From Planctomycetota bacterium (lineage in GTDB: Bacteria; Planctomycetota; UBA8108; JACQVS01), in NCBI GenBank assembly GCA_016209605.1, contig JACQVS010000106.1, positions 6,916-70,915 on the forward strand: a stretch of DNA of 64,000 nt. The letters are read 5' to 3'. The notes beneath the pieces are model-generated. The model saw nothing but the letters and a program-made list of their open reading frames with translations, had not been told where the DNA came from and did no database searches. A program made the translations under genes and the position numbers. Shown here piece by piece: positions 41,237 to 50,490 of this stretch. Each line of letters opens with the position of its first letter. Position 1 is the stretch's first letter.

Positions 41237-42925
41237 TCAGATCTCCATTTCGGCGCGATGGGTGATGCGCAGAACCTCCTCGATGGTGGTCATGCCGGCA
41301 AGCACCTTGCGGGCCGCATCCTCCTGCAGGGTAACCATGCCCTCGGAGCGGGCCTTGGCGCGGATCTCCTGGGTCGGCTTCTTCTTGAAGGACATATCCC
41401 GGAGGTCAGGGCTCATTTCCATGAGCTCGTAGACGCCTTTCCGCCCCTTGTATCCCTGATTGCTGCAGTTGGGGCAGCCGACCGGCTTGTACAGGGTCAG
41501 GCCCTCGAGCTTGTCGCGGGTCAAACCGATGGAGCGCATCTCCACATCGCTCGGCTCGTAGGGGGCCTTGCAGTGGGGGCAGAGGATGCGCACCAGGCGC
41601 TGGCCCATGATCGCCATGATCGCCGACGCCACCAGGAAGGGCTTCACGCCCATATCGATCAGGCGGGTGATGGCCGATGGGGCGTCGTTGGTGTGCAAGG
41701 TGCTGAACACCAGGTGACCGGTGAGCGCCGCTTGAATGGCGATGTCGGCCGTCTCGCGGTCGCGGACCTCGCCCACCAGGATGATGTTGGGGGCCTGGCG
41801 CATCATGGCGCGAAGGATGCGCTGAAAGGTCAAGCCGATCTCGTGGCGCACCTCCGACTGGTTGATGCCCGGCAAGTTGTACTCGATGGGATTTTCCGCG
41901 GTGATGATCTTGACATCGGGCCGGTTGAGTTTCTTGAGGGCGGCGTACAGGGTCGTGGTCTTGCCGGAGCCGGTCGGCCCGGTGACCAGGAAGATGCCGT
42001 TCGGGCGCTTGATGATCTTCTGAAACCGCTGGTAGTCGCTCTCGTGGAAGCCCAGCTCTTCCAAATCCACCAGCCCTTTCTCCTTGTCGAGGATGCGCAT
42101 GACGACGCTCTCGCCGTGGCGGCCCGGCAGCGCGGAGACGCGCAAGTCGATCTCGCGCCCCATGACGTTGATCTTGATGCGTCCGTCTTGAGGCCGCCGC
42201 TTCTCGGCCATGTCCATCCTGGACATGATCTTGATGCGCGAGAGGATGGGGCCCTGCAGCTTCTTGGGCGGATTCTCCTTCTCCAGGCAGACGCCGTCGA
42301 TGCGGTAGCGGATGCGCACGCGGTTCTCGAAGGGCTCGACGTGGATGTCGCTGGCCCGCTCTTTCAGGGCGTTGGAAATGAGCTGGGTCACGTACTTGAT
42401 GACGGGGGCGTCGTTGGCCTCGGCATCCTCGCCGGCGTACTCGCCGCGCCCCACCACCACCTGCTCGCCATCGGCCCCCAGGACGTCCTTCAAGTTGCCG
42501 GTCAAGCGGTAGTACTGGTCGAGGGCCTCTTCAATCGCCTCCGGCGTGGCGATGGCGCAGTCAACTTGCTGATTGAGCAGGAAGCGCAGGTCATCCAGGG
42601 TGGCCAGATCGAAGTCCGACATGGCGACGATCAGCTTGCCGTTTTGCTTGACCACCGGAATCACCTTGTGCTCGATGGCCACTTCCTTGGGTACCAGGCC
42701 GATCACCGGCTGCTTGATTTCGGCCTTGCTCAAGTCGGCGAATGGCAGCCCGTAATGGCGGGCCAGGGCGCGGCTCACCGATTTCTGGTCGCAGGCGTTG
42801 ATCTTGACCAGGGCTTCGCCGATGCGGCAGCTGTTTGCTCTAGAGTACTCAAGCGCCTTGGTGATCTGGTCATCGTTGACGGCGCCCATGGCCTTCAAAA
42901 TCTGTCCAATCGATTTTTTGTTCAA
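41237..42925 (-). CDS. GspE/PilB-family secretion ATPase (paralog 2)
   Basis: 562 aa; same architecture as paralog 1 (GPTGSGKTT, CPHC…CPNC). A divergent tandem duplicate. Confidence 0.9.
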   Translation of the reverse strand: MNKKSIGQILKAMGAVNDDQITKALEYSRANSCRIGEALVKINACDQKSVSRALARHYGLPFADLSKAEIKQPVIGLVPKEVAIEHKVIPVVKQNGKLIVAMSDFDLATLDDLRFLLNQQVDCAIATPEAIEEALDQYYRLTGNLKDVLGADGEQVVVGRGEYAGEDAEANDAPVIKYVTQLISNALKERASDIHVEPFENRVRIRYRIDGVCLEKENPPKKLQGPILSRIKIMSRMDMAEKRRPQDGRIKINVMGREIDLRVSALPGRHGESVVMRILDKEKGLVDLEELGFHESDYQRFQKIIKRPNGIFLVTGPTGSGKTTTLYAALKKLNRPDVKIITAENPIEYNLPGINQSEVRHEIGLTFQRILRAMMRQAPNIILVGEVRDRETADIAIQAALTGHLVFSTLHTNDAPSAITRLIDMGVKPFLVASAIMAIMGQRLVRILCPHCKAPYEPSDVEMRSIGLTRDKLEGLTLYKPVGCPNCSNQGYKGRKGVYELMEMSPDLRDMSFKKKPTQEIRAKARSEGMVTLQEDAARKVLAGMTTIEEVLRITHRAEMEI

Positions 42926-43187
42926 GGGGATCTCCTCAACTCAAATCCCATGAGAAGATGGCTCGAAATATTCAGAGAGGGAGTCCGCCCGCCGGCAAAC
43001 CTCTCTCGCAGTCACTTGCTCCAAAGATTACGGCGAACACGAATGGCGAAAATTTCATGCCGAGATCGAGCTCGCTAAGTGAATAACATCTTTTTTCTGC
43101 TACTTATCGAGGTGCAGGGAGGCCTCGGTAAACGGTCGGCCATAACAAGTAGTATACCGCCGCCACCCCCGCGGTCAATAGTTCAAA

Positions 43188-43264
43188 TAGATTCTTCCTC
43201 CGCAACTTCTCCGCAGCCTGCGGAGAAGTTGCGGATAGCTCGGTTGCGGGCGGAGCCCGCATTA
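43188..43264. repeat. Family A palindromic repeat, copy 4 (reverse orientation)
   Basis: Reverse complement matches the 13299 core; loop GGCT. Confidence 0.8.
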
Positions 43265-43289
43265 TGAGAAAAACCGTTCCGGCGGCCGC

Positions 43290-44030
43290 TCAAAAGGAAC
43301 GGATTTTCTGGGGCGGCCAGAACAGCAGGATGACTTTCCCCTTGATGAGGGCGCGGTCGACGCCGTGGAAGACGCGGCTGTCCTGGCTGTGCTGGCGGTT
43401 GTCGCCGAGCACATAATAGGTGTCGGGGGGGATCACTTCCGCGTGGTTTTCGTAAGGCGCCGGGTCCTTTTTGTTGATATAGTCCTCCTCCAGCTCCCGG
43501 CCGTTGATGAAGACCCGGCCGTTTCGGATCTGGATCCTCTCCCCCGGCAAGCCGATGACCCGCTTGATCAGGTCCTTGTTGAGGTCGAGCTTGGAGGCGA
43601 AGATGATGATATCGCCGCGTTCGATTTCGTAAAAAACCTTCTGCACCATGACCCGCTGCCCGTCCAGGAAGGTAGGCCTCATGCTCTCGCCGCGGACCAT
43701 GTAGGCCTCGGCGACATAGCTCTTGAGAATGAACGCCAGGAGCAGGGCCGCTCCCACGATCACCGCGATCTCAAGGAGCGGATCCTTCCGGGCCGGCTGG
43801 GAATTGGCCGCCGGGTCGTTCGCCGGGCTTGCCGCCGCAGGGCCTTGGGGGGCTAGCGGATCCTCCTGGGGCAAGAGGGGTAAATAGGGCTCCGAGGGCA
43901 TGTTGGAATCAGGGTATTCTGGGGGACTATGCATGAGTCTCTTCAGAGCAGTTGGTAGCTGTTTCGGGACCTGTTTCCAACAGTCCCGTCTTGTCCTTAT
44001 CATTTTACTGCTCGAGCCCGGCGGGCACAA
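43290..44030 (-). CDS. lepB: Signal peptidase I (start uncertain; several in-frame Met codons precede the TM helix)
   Basis: S26 motifs GESMRPT, catalytic Lys box KRVIGLPGE, GDNRQHSQDSR. Confidence 0.85.
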   Translation of the reverse strand: MCPPGSSSKMIRTRRDCWKQVPKQLPTALKRLMHSPPEYPDSNMPSEPYLPLLPQEDPLAPQGPAAASPANDPAANSQPARKDPLLEIAVIVGAALLLAFILKSYVAEAYMVRGESMRPTFLDGQRVMVQKVFYEIERGDIIIFASKLDLNKDLIKRVIGLPGERIQIRNGRVFINGRELEEDYINKKDPAPYENHAEVIPPDTYYVLGDNRQHSQDSRVFHGVDRALIKGKVILLFWPPQKIRSF

Positions 44031-44063
44031 GGTGGGAGATTCGGCCTACAAAAACGTGGGGAT

Positions 44064-45848
44064 TTAGCTCACCCGCTTGATGGCCACCATGGTCAGGTCG
44101 TCGTGGAACTTGCTCCCATCGACGTACTGGATGACCTCTTGATGGATGGCTGTGAGCAGATGCTCCGGCGACAAGCTGGCGTGCTGCTTGAAGGTTTCCC
44201 GCAAGCGCTCCTTGCCGAAGCGCTGCTTGGAAGCGTTGCTGCCTTCCCAAACCCCATCGGTGGTCAGGAGGAGGACATCCCCCACCCCCAAGGGTCCGGC
44301 CTTGAGCAGGTCATAGCCCGCCTCCGGAAAAAGCCCCAATGGGAAGCCGGTCGAGTCCAGATCGGTGATGATCTGCCGGTCTGCAGAATAGACGAGCGGG
44401 GTGTCGTGGCCGGCGTTGACGAACTCGAGGCAGTGGTCTTCCAGGCTCAAGCGGCTGAGAAAGAAGGTCATGAACTTGTCTTCATCCAGGTCGCTTTCCA
44501 GGAGGGTGTTGAGGCTGGCCACAATGTCCCCGACATCCTTCTTCACCGAGCAGAGGGCGCGGAGATTGGCGCGGCCGGTGGCCATGAGCAGAGCGGCTCC
44601 AATGCCGTGTCCGGAAACGTCGCCGATGGTGATGAACAATTCCTTGGGATTAGGCAGGATGAAGTCGAAATAATCGCCGCCCGTCTCCTCGCAGCTGGAG
44701 TTGATCCAGGCGATCTGATATCCCGGAACCCGAGGCGGCTCCTTGGGATACATCCCCTTTTGAATGCTCTGGGCGATCTTCAAACTGGCCGAAATGCGCT
44801 CGCGGTCCAGGGCCACCTTGTACAGGATGGCGTTTTCGATGGCGGTAGCCGCCAGACCGGACATGGTGAGGATGGAGTCCTGGTCGGTTTTGGTGAATCG
44901 CCCATCGTTGTTGGCCGAGTTGATGAGGAAGACCGCCCCCAGCAATTTCCCCTTGGAAACCAGGGGGATGCACATGCACGATTGGACGTGAATTCCATCG
45001 GCAGGCTGAAACTGATCCGGATCCTGATAGTTGGAAATGAGCTGCGGCTCCCCCCTCGCGATGGTGCGCTCGAGGATGGAATCGCCGTTCACGAAGCGGA
45101 GCTTGAGGGCGTTCTCGAGATTCAATCCCCACTCCACCCTTGAGACCAGGCGGTCCTCCTCTTTGAGGATGACGGACCCCACCTGGGCCGAGGAAATGAA
45201 CAGAGAAATCTCCATCAGCCTGGCGAGCAGCACCTCCAGTTCCAGGCTGCCTATCAACCCTCCAATGCAGTTGATGGCTTCGAGCTTGGCAAGGCTGTGG
45301 TCCAGCTGAGTCTGAATGGACTCCCGGTCATACAGCCGGAAAAGAGCCACCGCCACATGATCGAAGATGAACGCCTCCAGCTCCTGGCGATCGGCCTCCA
45401 GGCCGGTGAAGGGCGAATGAAAGGCGATCCACCCGAATTTCTTGCCCGCCACCTCGATGAGCTTGGCCCAGGAAATAGGGATCATCCGGTCGCCCAGCTG
45501 CAGCTGGGCCTCCGGCCTCGCCCGCCCGACCGGACCACCGCCGGCATGCTGAAAGGCCTCCTTAAAATTCAGGATCTGGGCCGGCTGTTCGCAATCCCCC
45601 CCTCGAGGCAAGCCGGAAAAATTCGAAAATTCGAGCTGCATAGGGCCTTGACCATCGCCTTTCTGCCCATCGAAAGCGGCCTGCCCATCGAAAGCGGCCT
45701 GCCCATCGAAGGCGATGAAAGAGAAGAGAACTTCCCCGAAAGCCTCCTGAAACAGCTCTTCCAGATGGGAGAAGAAGTCGAACTTGGAGAACGCCCCAAA
45801 AAGATAGACGATCTTGCTCAGAAGCCGCGCCGTTTTCGTTTCAGTCAT
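44064..45848 (-). CDS. GAF-domain-containing PP2C-type serine phosphatase (SpoIIE/RsbU family)
   Basis: 594 aa; N-terminal GAF-like sensor domain(s). C-terminal PP2C motifs (GGDYFDF, GDVSGHG, TDGVWE). Contains an in-frame 3x tandem (AFDGQA) repeat. Confidence 0.8.
   Translation of the reverse strand: MTETKTARLLSKIVYLFGAFSKFDFFSHLEELFQEAFGEVLFSFIAFDGQAAFDGQAAFDGQKGDGQGPMQLEFSNFSGLPRGGDCEQPAQILNFKEAFQHAGGGPVGRARPEAQLQLGDRMIPISWAKLIEVAGKKFGWIAFHSPFTGLEADRQELEAFIFDHVAVALFRLYDRESIQTQLDHSLAKLEAINCIGGLIGSLELEVLLARLMEISLFISSAQVGSVILKEEDRLVSRVEWGLNLENALKLRFVNGDSILERTIARGEPQLISNYQDPDQFQPADGIHVQSCMCIPLVSKGKLLGAVFLINSANNDGRFTKTDQDSILTMSGLAATAIENAILYKVALDRERISASLKIAQSIQKGMYPKEPPRVPGYQIAWINSSCEETGGDYFDFILPNPKELFITIGDVSGHGIGAALLMATGRANLRALCSVKKDVGDIVASLNTLLESDLDEDKFMTFFLSRLSLEDHCLEFVNAGHDTPLVYSADRQIITDLDSTGFPLGLFPEAGYDLLKAGPLGVGDVLLLTTDGVWEGSNASKQRFGKERLRETFKQHASLSPEHLLTAIHQEVIQYVDGSKFHDDLTMVAIKRVS
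45663..45716. repeat. In-frame 18-nt tandem repeat x3 (ctgcccatcgaaagcggc) inside the GAF-PP2C gene
   Basis: Read directly; encodes AFDGQA AFDGQA AFDGQK on the minus strand. Confidence 0.8.
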
Positions 45849-46031
45849 TCATTCCTCTCTGACCAGGGCGGATCATCCAATCCTGGGAATTCATTTCAAG
45901 TGTGACACACCGGAGGATTTTGTGCAAAAAAACCGTAAAGATATTCCCTCTCCGTTACCGGAATTTGCTCGATCTCTCTCGCTTCCCTATACTTCAAAGG
46001 GAATATCTACCATTCCAAAAATAGTACTGCA

Positions 46032-47315
46032 GTGACAACAAAACCGCTCAATCCAGAAATATCCTCGACGGAAGCTGGTGATGATCAAATTCGCACCACG
46101 GTCTTCGAATACGACAGCTTCACCATCAAGAAGTCGATGCATCGCAACATCACCATCCTGGAGGCTGCCGGGAGCTTCACTCCCCAGCTTGGAAAAGAGC
46201 TGGAGCGCCAGGCCGGCCAGGTCCGCAATAACCTCGGGCTGGATCTTTCCGGGGTTATCGGCATCCAGCCGACCATTCTTTCCAGCTTGCAGTACATCCA
46301 CAAAAAAATCACTTCGCGCAGCAAATGCTTCCTGCTCTGCAATCCTCCTGACAAGCTGCTGGACATCTTGAAACTCAGCAACTTGACCGGCCAGTTCCAG
46401 ATCACCAACGGCCTCAGGGATTTCGATGCGATACCAGCTTCTTCTCCGGCGCCGCCGCAGGAGGTTCCGGTGGTAAAACCAGTCGCGGAGCAGGGGATCA
46501 AAGGCTTCGAACCGGTCCAGAAAGAAATCACCCAGTTGACTCAGACGCTCAAACGGACCGAAAAACTGGAAAAGGGATTGGACTCCGCCTGCAAATGCGT
46601 GCGCAAGATTCTTCCGGCCCAGCCGCCCAAGGTCTCTGGTTACGAGTTCGCCTTCTTCTTCTCCCCCTGCGACAAGGTCGGCGGCGATTTCTTCGATTTC
46701 ACCTTTGGCGATGACAATTTTCTGGATATTGCCATTGGAGATGTCTCCGGCCACGGCCTGGATTCGGCCATCATCATGGCCATGGCCAAGAAGGTCCTTC
46801 GCCTCCGCGCCAAGGATTTTCCCAGCCGCAACAGCAAGGAAATTCTCTGCCAGGTTAACAGGGATCTTTATGAAGACCTGGGCCAGCGCATTTTCATCAC
46901 GGTTTTGTTCGTGCGTATGAACCTCCGTTCCGGCCTCGTGCATTTCGCTCGCGCCGGACATGAGCCACCCATCCGATTTCAGCCGGGCGCCAAGGAGGCT
47001 CCAGTTTTTTGCAACTCGACGGGAATCGCCATCGGCATGGATTCCGGACCGCGTTTCACTCCGATTCTTGAGGAAAGGAGCATCCAGCTCTTGCCTGGGG
47101 AAGGGCTTCTTCTGTACACCGATGGGATCGTTGAAAGCTTGAACTCGAGGCGTGACCTGTTCTCCCGCCAGCGCCTGGCGTACACCCTGGAACACCTGCA
47201 GGAGCCGGTCACCGCCCAGTCCGTCATCGAAACCATCGGCGCGGCGGTTGATCAGTTCTCGCAAGGATTCCCCCAGGAAGATGACATGACTGCTATTGCA
47301 ATTCTGAGGAAATGA
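46032..47315 (+). CDS. STAS-domain (anti-sigma-antagonist-like) fused to a PP2C-type serine phosphatase
   Basis: 427 aa; N-terminal STAS fold signature (…ITILEAAGSF…LDLSGVIGIQPTILSSL…FLLCNPPDKLLDILKLSNL). C-terminal PP2C motifs (GGDFFDF, GDVSGHG, TDGIVE). Divergent from the GAF-PP2C gene. Confidence 0.8.
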   Translation: MTTKPLNPEISSTEAGDDQIRTTVFEYDSFTIKKSMHRNITILEAAGSFTPQLGKELERQAGQVRNNLGLDLSGVIGIQPTILSSLQYIHKKITSRSKCFLLCNPPDKLLDILKLSNLTGQFQITNGLRDFDAIPASSPAPPQEVPVVKPVAEQGIKGFEPVQKEITQLTQTLKRTEKLEKGLDSACKCVRKILPAQPPKVSGYEFAFFFSPCDKVGGDFFDFTFGDDNFLDIAIGDVSGHGLDSAIIMAMAKKVLRLRAKDFPSRNSKEILCQVNRDLYEDLGQRIFITVLFVRMNLRSGLVHFARAGHEPPIRFQPGAKEAPVFCNSTGIAIGMDSGPRFTPILEERSIQLLPGEGLLLYTDGIVESLNSRRDLFSRQRLAYTLEHLQEPVTAQSVIETIGAAVDQFSQGFPQEDDMTAIAILRK

Positions 47316-47319
47316 TTCT

Positions 47320-50300
47320 GTGGCATTCAAAGGTGATGTTGGCCAACTTTCACTGCTGAACATTTATCAGGCGTTGAACCTGAACCGGCAGTCGGGGATT
47401 CTGGTCATCAGTTCCGGTAAGGTGAAGAGGAAAGTCCGTTTCCTGCCCAACGGTATCCGCCTGCTCACGAACTATCCTGGCGATTATAAAGGCCTCAAGC
47501 AAATCCTGGCCAAGCTCAAGATCCTCACCGAGTCGCAATTCCAGAACGTCATCTCGACGAAAAACGACGATAAGATGCCGCTGGGCGATTTTCTGTTCCA
47601 CCGGAGGATCATCGACCAGGATCTGATCGAGGGGCCGATCAGCAAGCACATTCTGGAGCTGATTTATGAAACCTTCTCCTGGAAGTCGGCAAAGTACGAA
47701 TTTCACGCCGGCGGAGATACGGATGACCTCGAACTGTTCAGTCTGGATGGTCCTGGAAAATCCCTGACCTTCAAAGTTCCAAACGTCCTCATGGAGGTGG
47801 CGCGGCGCGAGGATGAGTGGAACCGCATCCTGGCTGAAATTCCCAGTGAAAAAGAAATCTTCGTTCCGGTCAATCGCGGCGAATTTCTCAAACGCAAGGA
47901 ATACGACGCCGAAGCCCCAACGGAGTCGATCCTCGAAATCAAGCAATTGATTGACGGGGAGAGGTCGATCGAGTCGATCTGCCAGGAGACGACTCTTTCA
48001 AACTACGAGACCTACATCGTTCTCAAGTTGCTCATGGCGGAGGGCGAAATCCGCGCCTTCACCATCGAAGAGAAGAAAGAGCTCGCTGAAAAGCTCCGCA
48101 AGAAAGGGAAGCTCCGGGAGCTGATCGACGTCTACAATTATCTTCTCACCCTGGAACCCGATGATCTGCAGACGCGGCTGAGCCTGGTGAGCCTATTAGA
48201 AAAGAAGAAAGACTTCTGCTCCTTCCTGGTCGAGCACTACCAGTATCTGGCCGAGCATTCCATCGCCAGCGGCGAGTTGAGTCAGGCCAAAAATTATCTC
48301 GCGCGCATGCTGGAAATCGAACCCACCTCCCCCGCAGCCCAGGAGTGGCTGTTTGAGGTGCACTGCAACCTCGGGGAGAACCGAGAAGCCCTGGAAGCAG
48401 GAAGGCAAATCGTCGAATCTGCCAAGCAAGCCAAGGAGTATTCGCGCGGAACCTCGATCCTGGAAAGGATGATCAAGGTCTTCCCCGAGGATCCTTCCCT
48501 CTACCATGAAGCCGCCGACTTGTATCAGCTCAACGGCAACACGGCGGAGGCGGTTCGCTGCCTGAAGGCGGCCGCCTCCATTTACGAAAGCAGAAGGGAT
48601 CTCACTCGCCTTCGCAAAACCTACGAGAGGATCGCCGGCCTGGACTCATCCGAGGGCTCCACCCTGCGGAAAATCCTGGACCTGGAAAAGAAGAAGAACA
48701 AGCGGGGATTGAACACCTTTTCAGTGGCCTTCGCCGGTCTGGCCGCCGCTCTGATCGCGTTCACGGTCTACTGGATCACCATGGAAGTCTTCTGCCGCCG
48801 TGCCTTTGCGGCAGTGGACCGGGATGTCCAGACCCTCGCTGAAAACGGCCGTTTCAAAGACGCCCAGATGATCTTGAACTCCCTGGTCCGGGATTTCCCT
48901 TTGAGCGCCAAGCGCTGGGAAATCTCCAATCGCTTGAACTCCATTGCCACCGACCAGTGGAAAATGGTTTCCAAGATCCGCCAGGATGCCGAAAAAGAAA
49001 ACCTGCTCTTCGGCTCCTTCCTGGCGCAGGTCGAGAAGCTGCGCCGCGAGCGGAAATATGTGGAGGCTCTCAACCAGATTCAAGGGATCCGCCGGGTGGG
49101 CCTGTCCCCTGCCAACCTCAACATCCTGAAGAAAATCGAAACGGAAATCATCGCCATCTTCAACGAAGCGCAAGCGACCTTGAAAAAAGCCCAGGCGCTG
49201 ACCCAAAGCGGCAAGCTTCAGGAAGCACACCCCCTCTACATCCAGCTGCTCATGGAGTATTCGAGCACCCCGGTCGCGCAAAATTTGAAAATTCCCATGC
49301 AGCTGAAGACGGTCCCCGCCGGCGCGGAAGTGTTCGTCAACGAACAGATGGTTGGCAAGTCGCCATTGACTTTTTATTACCATCCCTTTGAAAAGTTCCG
49401 CCTGAAAATCGTCAAGGAGGGATTCCAGGAATTCCTTTGCGGAGATCCCGCCACGGAGCAACCATGCTTCGATTTCACCAAGGACTGGACCCTGTCGGCT
49501 TACCTGAAGCGCCTGCCGGCGTGGACGGTCAGCGCGCTCGATCCCTTGGGGGGCGCATACCTCTTCGATGGGAAGAACTTGTACTACTCCACTCAGAACG
49601 GCAAGGTCCTTGGTCATAGAATCGATTCGCGGGAAACCGCCTGGACCTATACCACCCCCAAGAACCTGCCGATCAAAAGCGAGCTGCGGCTCTGGAAGAA
49701 CTTGATTTATTTTGGAGCCATGGATGGCTTGTTCATTGCCATCGACAAGGACAGCGGCCAAAGCCGCCTGGAGCTGGTCCCCTTGAAGAACAGCCATCCC
49801 TACCGGCTGGTTCCCTCTCCGGCTTCCGAAAACGGCACCGTGGCGGTGGTCGCCAAGCCTTATGTCCTGGGCTTGAATTTGCAATCCGGGACCCTGGTGT
49901 GGACCTATCCCTGTGATAATCTGGTGGAAGCCCCGCCGCAGCCCTTGAAAGGCTCCATCGTGTGCGTCACCACGGCAGGGGAGATCCTGTTCCTGGACGA
50001 GGGCCTTGGCAGTCTCAAACAGGCGATCGACCTCAAAACTGCACTTACTTCGGCGGGAGTCGAGTACGGCGGCGCTTATTTCATCACGGACAGTCAAGGG
50101 ACCATATACCGGATCCAGCTGTCCACTGCAGAAATACAATGGAGCTTCCGGTCCGAAATCACCGGTCTCTCGCCTCCAAGCGTGAAGAACGATCAGGTCA
50201 TTGTCAGCTCGAGCCACGGCAATATCCTGGCTCTCGACATCAACAAGGGAAGTCGCAAGTGGGACGTCAAGGTGCAAGACAGTTTCCCCGCTCCCGGCAT

Positions 50301-50487
50301 CATTGCCAACAACCAGTACTATATCGGCTCTCAAAAAGGCGTATTGTTCTGTTTTGACATGCAAACTGGGCATTATTACTGGACCTTCCAGGCGGATGGG
50401 CCCTTTATCGCTCCACCCAGGCTCGAATCGGGGCTGGTCATCATCGGAAGCGAGAAAAATACGTTATACTCCTTTAGGGAGAAGTAA
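47320..50487 (+). CDS. Large multidomain protein: N-terminal DUF4388 (PATAN) domain, TPR repeats, one TM helix, PEGA domain, C-terminal PQQ/BamB-like beta-propeller repeats
   Basis: 1055 aa. N-terminus GDVGQLSLLNIYQALNLNRQSGILVI is characteristic of DUF4388. There is a TM helix at about residue 470 (FSVAFAGLAAALIAFTVYWI). PEGA-like VPAGAEVFVNEQMVGKSP…KIVKEGF. The C-terminal repeats have spaced W/G/Y patterns typical of PQQ propellers. Confidence 0.7.
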   Translation: MAFKGDVGQLSLLNIYQALNLNRQSGILVISSGKVKRKVRFLPNGIRLLTNYPGDYKGLKQILAKLKILTESQFQNVISTKNDDKMPLGDFLFHRRIIDQDLIEGPISKHILELIYETFSWKSAKYEFHAGGDTDDLELFSLDGPGKSLTFKVPNVLMEVARREDEWNRILAEIPSEKEIFVPVNRGEFLKRKEYDAEAPTESILEIKQLIDGERSIESICQETTLSNYETYIVLKLLMAEGEIRAFTIEEKKELAEKLRKKGKLRELIDVYNYLLTLEPDDLQTRLSLVSLLEKKKDFCSFLVEHYQYLAEHSIASGELSQAKNYLARMLEIEPTSPAAQEWLFEVHCNLGENREALEAGRQIVESAKQAKEYSRGTSILERMIKVFPEDPSLYHEAADLYQLNGNTAEAVRCLKAAASIYESRRDLTRLRKTYERIAGLDSSEGSTLRKILDLEKKKNKRGLNTFSVAFAGLAAALIAFTVYWITMEVFCRRAFAAVDRDVQTLAENGRFKDAQMILNSLVRDFPLSAKRWEISNRLNSIATDQWKMVSKIRQDAEKENLLFGSFLAQVEKLRRERKYVEALNQIQGIRRVGLSPANLNILKKIETEIIAIFNEAQATLKKAQALTQSGKLQEAHPLYIQLLMEYSSTPVAQNLKIPMQLKTVPAGAEVFVNEQMVGKSPLTFYYHPFEKFRLKIVKEGFQEFLCGDPATEQPCFDFTKDWTLSAYLKRLPAWTVSALDPLGGAYLFDGKNLYYSTQNGKVLGHRIDSRETAWTYTTPKNLPIKSELRLWKNLIYFGAMDGLFIAIDKDSGQSRLELVPLKNSHPYRLVPSPASENGTVAVVAKPYVLGLNLQSGTLVWTYPCDNLVEAPPQPLKGSIVCVTTAGEILFLDEGLGSLKQAIDLKTALTSAGVEYGGAYFITDSQGTIYRIQLSTAEIQWSFRSEITGLSPPSVKNDQVIVSSSHGNILALDINKGSRKWDVKVQDSFPAPGIIANNQYYIGSQKGVLFCFDMQTGHYYWTFQADGPFIAPPRLESGLVIIGSEKNTLYSFREK

Positions 50488-50490
50488 CCC

